A program made the position numbers and the translations under genes. The notes under the pieces were generated by a model, which worked only from the letters and a program-made list of their open reading frames with translations, did not search any database and was not told the DNA's origin. Of a DNA stretch of 64,000 bases, positions 1 through 8,665 are shown in pieces (position 1 is the first letter of the stretch; every line of letters starts with the position of its first letter). This DNA is from Minisyncoccota bacterium (lineage in GTDB: Bacteria; Patescibacteriota; Minisyncoccia; Phycocordibacterales; UBA9973): the NCBI GenBank assembly GCA_041658325.1, contig JBBAAI010000002.1:20409-84408 (forward strand), written 5' to 3'.

Positions 1-41
1 AAATATTTTTAAGTATTTTATATTTGTGTTACAATATTGAT

Positions 42-160
42 TGAAAATTATTTTTATCTGTGGCGGGTGGTCGCACTCACATAGGCACATATGTTGGAGG
101 TTAGCCATCACCTGCCTCAAATGAAAATAATTTTACCCACCGAAAGGTGGGTTTTTGTTT
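42..160 (+). ncRNA. Candidate small structured non-coding RNA (rod-shaped hairpin plus terminator)
   Basis: Extended -10 TGtTACAAT at 27-35; 44-71 pairs with 107-134 with two mismatches and G-U pairs; apical stem ACATA/TATGT; terminator follows immediately. Confidence 0.5.
135..160 (+). terminator. Rho-independent terminator
   Basis: ACCCACC-GAAA-GGTGGGT followed by T-run. Confidence 0.85.
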
Positions 161-164
161 ATAA

Positions 165-270
165 AAAATAGAAAACATTTTTTATAATGCGCACATAATT
201 TTCTGCTGAAAATTTGCGATGCTCGGCTCGTCAGCCTGCGCAGTGCATTCTAAAAATTATTTTCTATTTT
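165..270. repeat. Long imperfect inverted repeat enclosing two short hairpins (MITE/REP-like or ncRNA)
   Basis: AAAATAGAAAA..AATGCGC (165-192) pairs with GTGCATT..TTTTCTATTTT (243-270); inner hairpins AATTTTC/GAAAATT and GGCT/AGCC. Confidence 0.55.
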
Positions 271-284
271 CTTTTTATAAAAAG

Positions 285-293
285 TTATCCACA
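285..293 (+). promoter_or_regulatory. DnaA box
   Basis: Perfect consensus TTATCCACA, intergenic. Confidence 0.6.
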
Positions 294-423
294 GTTTTGA
301 TGAAAAAGTATTGTATTTGATTCTGATATGCGGGATAATTAAATTAGTTCGAAGCAATAAATTTTTTGGTCGGTTTATTGCAAACTAATTTAATAATTTA
401 ATTTCGCGCGCGCGACAAAAAAT

Positions 424-495
424 ATGGCAGCAAAAAAGAAAGCAAAGAAAGTAGCAAAGAAGAAAGTTGCAAAAAAGGGAAAGAAGCGAGCATAG
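424..495 (+). CDS. Lys/Ala-rich 23-aa microprotein MAAKKKAKKVAKKKVAKKGKKRA
   Basis: ATG..TAG ORF below the ORF-track cutoff; TTGTAT-N17-GATAAT promoter at 311-339; terminator directly after. Confidence 0.7.
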   Translation: MAAKKKAKKVAKKKVAKKGKKRA

Positions 496-505
496 TCTTC
501 TCTTG

Positions 506-540
506 AAAACTTCCGACGAAAGTCGGAAGTTTTTTGTTTT
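506..540 (+). terminator. Rho-independent terminator
   Basis: AAAACTTCCGAC-GAAA-GTCGGAAGTTTT plus T-run. Confidence 0.9.
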
Positions 541-557
541 TATGCTAATATATATTC

Positions 558-3086
558 ATGAGTTTATTTAGTAAAATATTTGGCGACGAAAGCTCTAAAT
601 TCATTGGAAATGTAGGGAAAATAGTAGATAAAATCAATTCTTTCGAAGAATCTATTTCAAAGCTAGCAGATGAGGATTTCCCGAAAAAAACACAGGAATT
701 TAAGGATAGGTTAAATAAAGGAGAAACATTGGATGAAATATTACCCGAAGCTTTTGCTCTCGTGCGAGAGGCGGCTAAAAGAAATTTAAAAGAAAGACAC
801 TATGATGTGCAGTTGGTAGGAGGGATAGCATTACATCAAGGCAAGATTGCTGAGATGAGAACGGGTGAAGGAAAAACTTTAGTCGCTGTTCTTCCAGCAT
901 ATTTAAATGCGCTTTCAGGTGAAGGGGTGCATGTTGTCACTGTTAATGATTATCTTTCTCGTATCGGTGCAGTGCTCATGGGTCAAGTTTATAATTTTTT
1001 GGGTTTAAGTGTTAGCGTTATTAATTCACAAAATGTTTCTTATTTATATGATGCGGCTCATAAAGAAGAAGATAAAGAGAGAGATCAAGTCGGAGAATTT
1101 AAAATTGTTTATGATTTTTTAAAACCATGCTCCAGAAAGGAAGCATATCTGGCAGATATAACTTATGGAACAAATCATGAGTATGGTTTTGATTATTTGC
1201 GAGATAATTTAGCTACTAGGGTAGAAGATTTAGTGCAAAGAGAACACAATTATGCGATTGTTGACGAAGTAGATTCTATTTTGATAGACGAAGCACGTAC
1301 TCCGCTTATTATTTCTTCTCAGTCTGGGGATTCAGAAGATTTTTATACCAAGTTTGATCAAATAGCTAAACAATTGAAGAGTGACACGGACTACAAAGTA
1401 GATGAAAAACTAAAGGCAATATCTTTAACCGATGAAGGTATCACTAAAGCAGAAAATCTTTTAGGTATTCAAAATATTTATACGGAAAAAGGCATTAAAT
1501 ACGTGCATCACCTAGAAACAGCGGTAAAAGCGCAGGCCATTTTTGAACGAGATAAAGATTATGTGGTAAAAGAAGGCGAGGTTATTATCGTTGATCCATT
1601 CACTGGGCGACTTCAGCCAGGCAGACGTTGGTCCGAAGGAATTCATCAAGCTATTGAGGCGAAAGAGGGTGTAAAAATTGAAAAAGAAACGAGGTCTAGT
1701 GGTTCCATCACTTTTCAAAATTATTTTAGATTTTATAAAAAACTTTCTGGCATGACAGGTACGGCGGCGACTTCAGCGGAAGAGTTTTTGAAAGTCTATG
1801 GATTAGATGTGATCGTAATTCCTACCAATCGTCCTGTTGTTCGCGTGGATCATAGTGATCTTATTTTCCAATCAGAAAAAGGAAAGTTTCAAGCGATTGC
1901 AAAAAAAGTAAAAGAATTAAATTCCAAGGGTCAGCCGGTTTTGATCGGGACTATTTCTATTGAAAAAAATGAGCTTCTTTCTGTTTATCTTAAACAAGAA
2001 GGCGTGCAGCACACAATCTTGAATGCAAAAAATCACGAGAAAGAAGGAGAAATAATTGCGCAAGCTGGTAAACGTGGAGCAGTGACCATCGCCACAAACA
2101 TGGCTGGACGTGGAATCGACATTAAACTCGGAGGGAACCCTCTTATAAAAGAAGAATATGATTTTGTAAAAAGTGTCGGTGGGCTTTTTGTTCTAGGTAC
2201 AGAACGACATGAAGCAAGAAGAATAGATAATCAATTACGAGGTCGTTCCGGTAGACAAGGAGATCCCGGTGAAACAATTTTTTATGTATCTCTTGAAGAT
2301 GATCTTATGCGAGTGTTTGGTTCGGAGAGAATTAAAACGATGATGGGACGTTTTGGTATACCAGAGGATCAGCCAATTGAAAACCGTTTTATTAATAGAA
2401 CCCTAGAGGGAGCGCAAGCAAAAATAGAAGGTTTTCATTTTGATGCTAGAAAAAATACTCTTGAATATGACGATGTGATGAATCATCAACGTAAGATCAT
2501 TTACGAGCGAAGACAAAAAATGTTGCGAGCAGACAAAGCAGAAATCGAAACCATCTTGAAAAATATAACAGAAAATAGAGAAGGCGGAGAGATTATGATT
2601 GAAGAAAAAAGAAAAAAACTGGGTGACGAAGCGTTTTTTGAAACAGTTCGCAGAATTGCCTTTTATGCGAACGATACACTTTGGATGGAGCACTTAGAGG
2701 CGATGGATTATTTGCGCTCATCTGTGAATTTGCGAGCCTATGGACAGCGAGAGCCTATCGTGGAATATAAAAAGGACGGCTTAATGATGTTCAAAGAAAT
2801 GGAAGAAGCTTTTAAAGAACAAGTCTTTTCACTTATTAACAACATAAATACTGAAAATGTTGTAAACATAAAAACAGAAGATAATGCGCCAAAACAGACT
2901 TTAATCACAAGTCACGAAGAATCCAAAGAACTTTCTGACGCAAAAGATGTAAAAGGAGAATTAAATATTGGACGTAATGATCCTTGTCCTTGTGGGGCGA
3001 TTAATTCTGCTACTGGCGAAGTGTATAAATGGAAAAAGTGCGGAATGATCAATGCGCCACAGCATAGAAAATCGTTGGTAAATTAA
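558..3086 (+). CDS. secA: Preprotein translocase ATPase SecA
   Basis: MRTGEGKT, DEVDSILIDEARTPLIIS, QLRGRSGRQGDPG and C-terminal GRNDPCPCG motifs. Confidence 0.99.
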   Translation: MSLFSKIFGDESSKFIGNVGKIVDKINSFEESISKLADEDFPKKTQEFKDRLNKGETLDEILPEAFALVREAAKRNLKERHYDVQLVGGIALHQGKIAEMRTGEGKTLVAVLPAYLNALSGEGVHVVTVNDYLSRIGAVLMGQVYNFLGLSVSVINSQNVSYLYDAAHKEEDKERDQVGEFKIVYDFLKPCSRKEAYLADITYGTNHEYGFDYLRDNLATRVEDLVQREHNYAIVDEVDSILIDEARTPLIISSQSGDSEDFYTKFDQIAKQLKSDTDYKVDEKLKAISLTDEGITKAENLLGIQNIYTEKGIKYVHHLETAVKAQAIFERDKDYVVKEGEVIIVDPFTGRLQPGRRWSEGIHQAIEAKEGVKIEKETRSSGSITFQNYFRFYKKLSGMTGTAATSAEEFLKVYGLDVIVIPTNRPVVRVDHSDLIFQSEKGKFQAIAKKVKELNSKGQPVLIGTISIEKNELLSVYLKQEGVQHTILNAKNHEKEGEIIAQAGKRGAVTIATNMAGRGIDIKLGGNPLIKEEYDFVKSVGGLFVLGTERHEARRIDNQLRGRSGRQGDPGETIFYVSLEDDLMRVFGSERIKTMMGRFGIPEDQPIENRFINRTLEGAQAKIEGFHFDARKNTLEYDDVMNHQRKIIYERRQKMLRADKAEIETILKNITENREGGEIMIEEKRKKLGDEAFFETVRRIAFYANDTLWMEHLEAMDYLRSSVNLRAYGQREPIVEYKKDGLMMFKEMEEAFKEQVFSLINNINTENVVNIKTEDNAPKQTLITSHEESKELSDAKDVKGELNIGRNDPCPCGAINSATGEVYKWKKCGMINAPQHRKSLVN

Positions 3087-3123
3087 AATTTTTTAGATTA
3101 TTAATAATTAAATATTATTAATT

Positions 3124-3372
3124 ATGAAAAACTTAGAAATTGGAGGAGTTTATGAACACTACAAAGGAACCAGAGTAAAGGTTCTTTTTGAAGCGATAGA
3201 AAGCGAGACGAAAGAGCATTTAGTTATTTATATGCATTTAGAAGATGGTGTAATCTGGGCTCGGCCGAAACATATGTTTTTGGAAAATATTGTGTTGGAC
3301 GGTAAAGAAACAGAAAGATTTAAGAAAGTAGATCAACAAGTTTTGATAAAATCGAATGAAAAATATAATTAA
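3124..3372 (+). CDS. DUF1653-family small protein
   Basis: GxYEHYKG...ESETKE..VIY...WARP..MF...RF pattern. Confidence 0.8.
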   Translation: MKNLEIGGVYEHYKGTRVKVLFEAIESETKEHLVIYMHLEDGVIWARPKHMFLENIVLDGKETERFKKVDQQVLIKSNEKYN

Positions 3373-4603
3373 AAGTTTGAGACTTAAAAGACGAGGAGTG
3401 GCACTCCTAGCCGGGATGCATTTTTATGGGAATCCTTCAGCAAGATTAAAAATTGTTGGCGTAACAGGCACGAATGGCAAGACGACAACAGCTACGCTTC
3501 TTTATGAAATAGCCACGGAACTTGGGTATAAAGCTGGACTCATCAGTACTGTAGAAAACATCATCGCTGGAAAAATTATTCCTCATGACGAGAAGGCCCC
3601 AGCTACCACGCCGGATCCGATTTATTTACACAAATTATTAAACGAAATGGTGGAAAAAGGTTGCGAATATGTTTTTATGGAAGTTTCCTCGCACGCGCTT
3701 GATCAGAGTCGTGTCGCGGGAATAAATTTTATTGGAGGAATTTTCACAAATTTGACGCACGATCATCTAGATTATCACAAAAATATTGATAACTACTTTG
3801 GAGCAAAAAAGAAATTTTTTAATGCACTATCCGAAAAAGCTTTTGCTCTTTCAAATTCAAACGATGACTACGGAGATTCGATGCTTGAGCATATCCACGC
3901 TAGGAAGTTCACTTATGGATTTAATAAATTTGAGGATTTTCATGGGGAAATTACAAAATTAGATTTTAATGGACTTTTGTTTTCCATCAATAAAGAGGAG
4001 GTGCATTCAAAACTTCTTGGTAAATTCAATGCGTATAACCTACTAGCTGTTTGGAGCGCTTGTAAATTGATTGGTTTTGATATGAAGAAGGTAAAGAAAA
4101 TTTTAGAAGAAATAAAACCACCGCGTGGACGATTTGAACACTTTACTTCAAAAAGTGGTGTTTTGGTGATTGTAGATTATGCGCATACTCCGGATGCATT
4201 AGAAAAAGTATTGGTAGTAGTAAATGAAATAAAACCAAAAAACAATAAAGTAATTTCGATTTTTGGTTGTGGGGGTGATCGTGATCCGCTGAAGCGTCCG
4301 AAAATGGGGAAAATCGGCGTGATTAATTCTGATATTGCAATTTTTACTTCAGACAATCCACGAAGCGAAGACCTGGACAAAATTATTGAACAGATGAAAA
4401 CTGATTTATCGACAGAGGATTCGAAAAAAGTAAAAACTATTGCGAACAGGCGTGAGGCTATTTTAGAAGGAGTAAAATTAGCGCAAAAAGGAGACATAAT
4501 TCTCTGTGCTGGCAAAGGCCACGAAAATTACCAGGAAATCAAGGGAGTGAAATCTCATTTTGATGATAAGGAGGAGTTTAGAAAAGCTTATGGAGAAATA
4601 TAA
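3356..4603 (+). CDS. murE: UDP-MurNAc-tripeptide ligase MurE (short N-terminus)
   Basis: GVTGTNGKTT, MEVSSH, DHLDYH, DYAHTPD, DNPR (meso-DAP type), AGKGHE. Confidence 0.95.
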   Translation: MKNIIKSLRLKRRGVALLAGMHFYGNPSARLKIVGVTGTNGKTTTATLLYEIATELGYKAGLISTVENIIAGKIIPHDEKAPATTPDPIYLHKLLNEMVEKGCEYVFMEVSSHALDQSRVAGINFIGGIFTNLTHDHLDYHKNIDNYFGAKKKFFNALSEKAFALSNSNDDYGDSMLEHIHARKFTYGFNKFEDFHGEITKLDFNGLLFSINKEEVHSKLLGKFNAYNLLAVWSACKLIGFDMKKVKKILEEIKPPRGRFEHFTSKSGVLVIVDYAHTPDALEKVLVVVNEIKPKNNKVISIFGCGGDRDPLKRPKMGKIGVINSDIAIFTSDNPRSEDLDKIIEQMKTDLSTEDSKKVKTIANRREAILEGVKLAQKGDIILCAGKGHENYQEIKGVKSHFDDKEEFRKAYGEI

Positions 4604-5918
4604 GGAATTTTTTAGAAATAAAAAGATTACTGTCATGGGGCTAGGGCTTTTGGGGCGGGGGCTTGGATATACGAAGTTTCTAGCAGAATGCGGAGCGGAT
4701 TTGATAGTGACTGACTTAAAGACAAAAGAGCAATTAAAAACTTCTTTAAGAACACTTTCTAAATACAAGAAAATTAAATTTATTTTGGGTGAACATCAGT
4801 TGGATGATTTTAAGGGAAGAGACATGGTTATTAAGGCAGCCGGGGTACCACTTGATTCTATTTACATAAAAGAAGCTCGAAAAAATAAAATTCCTGTCGA
4901 AATGGATGTTTCTCTTTTTGTTAAATGCGCGCCGGAAGTAATGATCGTGGGGGTGACAGGAACCAGGGGGAAATCGATGGTGACGGCTCTAATCTTTGAG
5001 GTTCTTTCAAAAAATCTCAAAAATAGAGGAGTATATTTAGGCGGAAATGTTCGTGGAGTGGCGACGTTGCCATTGCTCGAGAAAGTAAAAGCAGGTGATA
5101 TCTTAGTTTGCGAGCTAGATTCTTGGCAGTTGCAGGGATTCGGAGATGCAAAAATTTCTCCACATATTTCCGTTTTCACTTCTTTTATGCCAGACCATAT
5201 GAATTATTACAAAAACTCTATGCAAGATTATTTTGCTGACAAAGCAAATATTTTTAAATATCAAAGAAAGGGAGATGTTTTGGTTACGAACAAAGAAGTA
5301 AAAAAATTAATTAAGTTAAAACTAAAAAGTAAAGTTATTTTAGCAGATAAAAAAAATGTTTCGGATTTCAAATTTATCGTACCCGGAGAACATCAGAAGC
5401 AGAATTTGGCGTACGCGGTAGAAGTTGCCAAGCAGTTTAATATTCCAATAGCGAAAATTAAAAAAACCGTAGCGAACTTCAAGGGAGTAGAAGGCAGGTT
5501 GCAGTTTCTAAAAAATTACAAAGGTATAAAAATATACAATGATAACAATGCCACGACACCGGAAGCTACGATAGCTGGAGTTGAAGCTCTTAAAAATAGA
5601 AAAAGAAATATAGTTTTAATTTGTGGTGGCGCAGACAAAAAGCTGGACTTAACAAATTTTGTAAAAGCTATTAATGATAACTGTAAGGCTATTTCGCTTA
5701 TTCCGGGGACAGGAACAGATATCTTGTTAAAAGATTACAAACTAGAAATTCCTTTTCAAATAGGTAAGGATTTTAAAGATGTTATAGTAAAAGGGCTAAG
5801 TTTTGCAAAAAAAGGCGACACCATTTTATTCTCTCCCGCTTTTGCGTCTTTTGGTATGTTTAATAATGAATATGAAAGAAATGATTTGTTTATGAAGATT
5901 ATTAAGAATTTAAAATAA
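4590..5918 (+). CDS. murD: UDP-MurNAc-L-Ala:D-Glu ligase MurD
   Basis: GLG.LG, GVTGTRGKS, GGN, ELDSWQL, SPAFASF; start moved to ATG 4590. Confidence 0.93.
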   Translation: MEKYKEFFRNKKITVMGLGLLGRGLGYTKFLAECGADLIVTDLKTKEQLKTSLRTLSKYKKIKFILGEHQLDDFKGRDMVIKAAGVPLDSIYIKEARKNKIPVEMDVSLFVKCAPEVMIVGVTGTRGKSMVTALIFEVLSKNLKNRGVYLGGNVRGVATLPLLEKVKAGDILVCELDSWQLQGFGDAKISPHISVFTSFMPDHMNYYKNSMQDYFADKANIFKYQRKGDVLVTNKEVKKLIKLKLKSKVILADKKNVSDFKFIVPGEHQKQNLAYAVEVAKQFNIPIAKIKKTVANFKGVEGRLQFLKNYKGIKIYNDNNATTPEATIAGVEALKNRKRNIVLICGGADKKLDLTNFVKAINDNCKAISLIPGTGTDILLKDYKLEIPFQIGKDFKDVIVKGLSFAKKGDTILFSPAFASFGMFNNEYERNDLFMKIIKNLK

Positions 5919-5919
5919 G

Positions 5920-7197
5920 GTGAATTTAGATTTAACAAAATTTAAAAAAATATTTTTTATTGGGATAGGCGGAATAGGTATTTCGGCGTTGGCGAAAATG
6001 GCTATTTCGCGAGGCATAGAAGTATCTGGAGTAAACGACGAAGAAAGTCCAAAAACCCTTAATTCTCTTCGAGGGGAAGGCGCTGAAATATTATTTCAGC
6101 ATGATTTTAAAATTTCTCATGATTCTTTTCAAGTGGCCGATATGTATGTTTACAGCGACGCGTGGCTTCATCGGGGTCCGGAGATTATTGAAAATGCGAA
6201 AAAAACAGGTAAACCAGTTTTAAATTATTTTGGGGCGTTGGGCGAATTCGCGAAAGATTATAAGGTAATAGCTATTGCCGGTACACACGGGAAAACAACG
6301 ACGACGGCAATGGTGGCAGAAATTCTTATTGAGGCAGAATTGGATCCGACAGTTATCGTCGGTTCTTTTATCAAAAAGCTTAACAGTAATTTTAGAAAAG
6401 GTAATAGCAAGTATTTGGTTGTGGAAGCAGATGAATATAATCGTCACTTTTTAAGTTTATATCCTTACCTTTCTCTTATTTTAAATATTGAAGCGGATCA
6501 TTTAGATTATTACAAAGATTTGCGGGATGTACAGGACGCATTTAGTAAGTTTCTTTCTCAAAGTGAAAACAAAATTGTAGATTACCAAAAATATTTGGAA
6601 AAAGTTCCGAAACTTTTAGTTCCCGGTATTCACAATAGGTTAGATGCGGCAGCTGCTCTCGCTGTAGCAGATTTTTTGCAGACCAAGGAAGAGGTTGCTC
6701 AAAAATCTCTATCTGAATTTACTGGTACGTGGCGAAGATTGGAAAAAAGGGGAGAAACCAAAGAAGGGACGATTATTTATGACGACTATGCGCACCACCC
6801 GACAGAGATAATAGCGAGCCTGCAAGGATTGCGAGAACTTTATCTAAAGGGTGACCTGCCTGCGCAGGCAGGGAAAAACATAACAGTACTTTTTCAGCCA
6901 CACCTTTACAGTCGCACTAAAGCACTATTCAACGATTTTACTAAATGTTTCAAGGGGGCTGATCAAATATTTCTTTTACCCATCTATTTTGCCAGAGAAG
7001 ACAAGGATGAGAGTATATCCAGTGAGAAATTGGCTGAGGCTATAGCCCAAACAGGGGAAAAAGTTCGTGCCTTTAGTAGTTTTGAAGAGGCTGAAATCGT
7101 TACTAAATCCTTAAATCTAGGTCCGGATGATGTATTTATAACAATGGGGGCCGGGGAGGCATACAAAGTAGCGGACAAAGTTTTCAACATATCTTAA
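5920..7197 (+). CDS. murC: UDP-MurNAc:L-Ala ligase MurC
   Basis: FIGIGGIGIS, AGTHGKTTTT, EADE, DDYAHHPTE, FQPH, MGAG. Confidence 0.95.
   Translation: MNLDLTKFKKIFFIGIGGIGISALAKMAISRGIEVSGVNDEESPKTLNSLRGEGAEILFQHDFKISHDSFQVADMYVYSDAWLHRGPEIIENAKKTGKPVLNYFGALGEFAKDYKVIAIAGTHGKTTTTAMVAEILIEAELDPTVIVGSFIKKLNSNFRKGNSKYLVVEADEYNRHFLSLYPYLSLILNIEADHLDYYKDLRDVQDAFSKFLSQSENKIVDYQKYLEKVPKLLVPGIHNRLDAAAALAVADFLQTKEEVAQKSLSEFTGTWRRLEKRGETKEGTIIYDDYAHHPTEIIASLQGLRELYLKGDLPAQAGKNITVLFQPHLYSRTKALFNDFTKCFKGADQIFLLPIYFAREDKDESISSEKLAEAIAQTGEKVRAFSSFEEAEIVTKSLNLGPDDVFITMGAGEAYKVADKVFNIS
6855..6872. repeat. Perfect 18-bp GC-rich palindrome inside murC
   Basis: CCTGCCTGC|GCAGGCAGG, within codons for DLPAQAG. 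Confidence 0.8.
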
Positions 7198-7299
7198 TTA
7201 TTCTATTTTTAGCCTTATTTGTCAATAGGTAGAGCCTAGAATATCCTTATTTTACAAGGTATTTTGAGTTTGACAGATGAAAAAAATGTTGCATAACTA

Positions 7300-7328
7300 T
7301 TGACTTCTTGGTTCGAATATGCTACTAT
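7300..7328 (+). promoter_or_regulatory. Sigma70-type promoter
   Basis: TTGACT-N17-TACTAT with extended TG. Confidence 0.75.
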
Positions 7329-7442
7329 AGAAGGGTATCCTTATAGTATAGGCGTAAAGCTTATGATATAAGGATTTTTAGTTTTAGTCACAAAGTGGCT
7401 GATAAGACAGTGACGAGTTGGCGGAGCACATACCGCCCAAAT

Positions 7443-8054
7443 ATGAAAAATAACAATCTAATACGTTTCGTTCAATCATTGGTATTTCTACCCGTCATGA
7501 CGATTTCTCTCGGAAATCCTAGTAACATAGAAATTCCCCGAACCGTATTGGTCCCACAACTTAATATTGCAGTTACTGGAGCATTGGCTCTTAACCAAGC
7601 CGTTGACCCAGAAGCTGAATCACTAAAAGCTAAAGCAGAAGCCATTGATGCTTATTTTAGAGAGCGCAAAATGCCTCTAGAGGGTATGGGCAAGAAAATG
7701 GTGGAAGAAGCTATCAAGAATGAACTTGATTGGCGTCTCTTGCCAGCTATCGCTGTGCGCGAATCCACCGGTGGAAAATTTGAATGTAAAAGAGTTCCGA
7801 ACAATGCCTTCGGGTGGGGTTCTTGTAAGATCGGTTTTAAATCAAACGAACAAGCTATCGAGGTAGTCGCAAAAAATTTGGGTGGAAATAATCCAAAAAC
7901 TGCCAAGCATTATGATGATAAAACCACCAAAGAAATTCTTCGAGCATACAACCCTCCTTCTATCGTTCCTAAATATGTTGATCAAGTTATCTCAATAATG
8001 GATACGATCGGCGACGAAGACACTGTTAAAACATTAGCTGTAGCAAATACATAA
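7443..8054 (+). CDS. Secreted lysozyme-fold/glucosaminidase-like cell-wall hydrolase
   Basis: N-terminal hydrophobic segment; LLPAIAVRESTGG, NNAFGWG and YNPP motifs; start moved to ATG 7443. Confidence 0.65.
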   Translation: MKNNNLIRFVQSLVFLPVMTISLGNPSNIEIPRTVLVPQLNIAVTGALALNQAVDPEAESLKAKAEAIDAYFRERKMPLEGMGKKMVEEAIKNELDWRLLPAIAVRESTGGKFECKRVPNNAFGWGSCKIGFKSNEQAIEVVAKNLGGNNPKTAKHYDDKTTKEILRAYNPPSIVPKYVDQVISIMDTIGDEDTVKTLAVANT

Positions 8055-8080
8055 AAACCCAGCCACAAGCTGGGTTTTTA
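8053..8080 (+). terminator. Rho-independent terminator
   Basis: AAAAACCCAGC-CACAA-GCTGGGTTTTT. Confidence 0.85.
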
Positions 8081-8103
8081 TTTTTATGGTAAAATATATA
8101 TTT

Positions 8104-8616
8104 ATGGAGAACAAAAAAAGATTTCTGATTTTAATAATAGTTCTTGCCCCATTAGTCATAGGAGGTATCGTGTATTACACAGGAAAAAATTCAAATCCTT
8201 CAACTGAAGTTATATCTACAACAACACTAGAAAAACAAATTGGTTCTATAAAAAGTATCTATCAAAAAAATGGGAAATATTATTTGGATATTGATTATGT
8301 TCAATGGATTTCGAATGCAAAAACCTGTGAGACAAGATATGGAGAATATAATAATGATTATTGTATTATTAATGATAATTCACTACTGCGAACTTTTTCG
8401 ATTTCTAATGACGTTAAAGTAGAGTTGCAAACATATAGTCATGATGTTTCTGGTGGATATGTTTGGAATCAAGTCATCCCTCTTTCAATCTTTGCAACGG
8501 CTTTAAACAATAGTTATGTAGAAATGCATCCTGAATATCCTGCTCGAAATTTTTTGTATTGGATAACTCTAAATAATGGAGTAATCACAAACATTGTTGA
8601 ACAATATCAGCCTTAA
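8104..8616 (+). CDS. Hypothetical N-terminally anchored extracytoplasmic protein
   Basis: Single TM then polar domain with two Cys; start 8086 or 8104. Confidence 0.7.
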   Translation: MENKKRFLILIIVLAPLVIGGIVYYTGKNSNPSTEVISTTTLEKQIGSIKSIYQKNGKYYLDIDYVQWISNAKTCETRYGEYNNDYCIINDNSLLRTFSISNDVKVELQTYSHDVSGGYVWNQVIPLSIFATALNNSYVEMHPEYPARNFLYWITLNNGVITNIVEQYQP

Positions 8617-8626
8617 TGTTTTACCA

Positions 8627-8659
8627 CTAAAAAATCCCCTATGAAAGGGGATTTTTTAG
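8627..8659. terminator. Bidirectional terminator
   Basis: CTAAAAAATCCCCT-ATGAA-AGGGGATTTTTTAG between convergent genes. Confidence 0.9.
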
Positions 8660-8665
8660 GTGGAA

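Noticed and set aside
44-134. Canonical 4.5S SRP RNA or tRNA
   Set aside because: Lacks the SRP domain IV consensus and a T-loop/cloverleaf; kept only as an unknown ncRNA candidate
280-420. Replication origin
   Set aside because: Only one DnaA box here, no box cluster, and no dnaA/dnaN in the window
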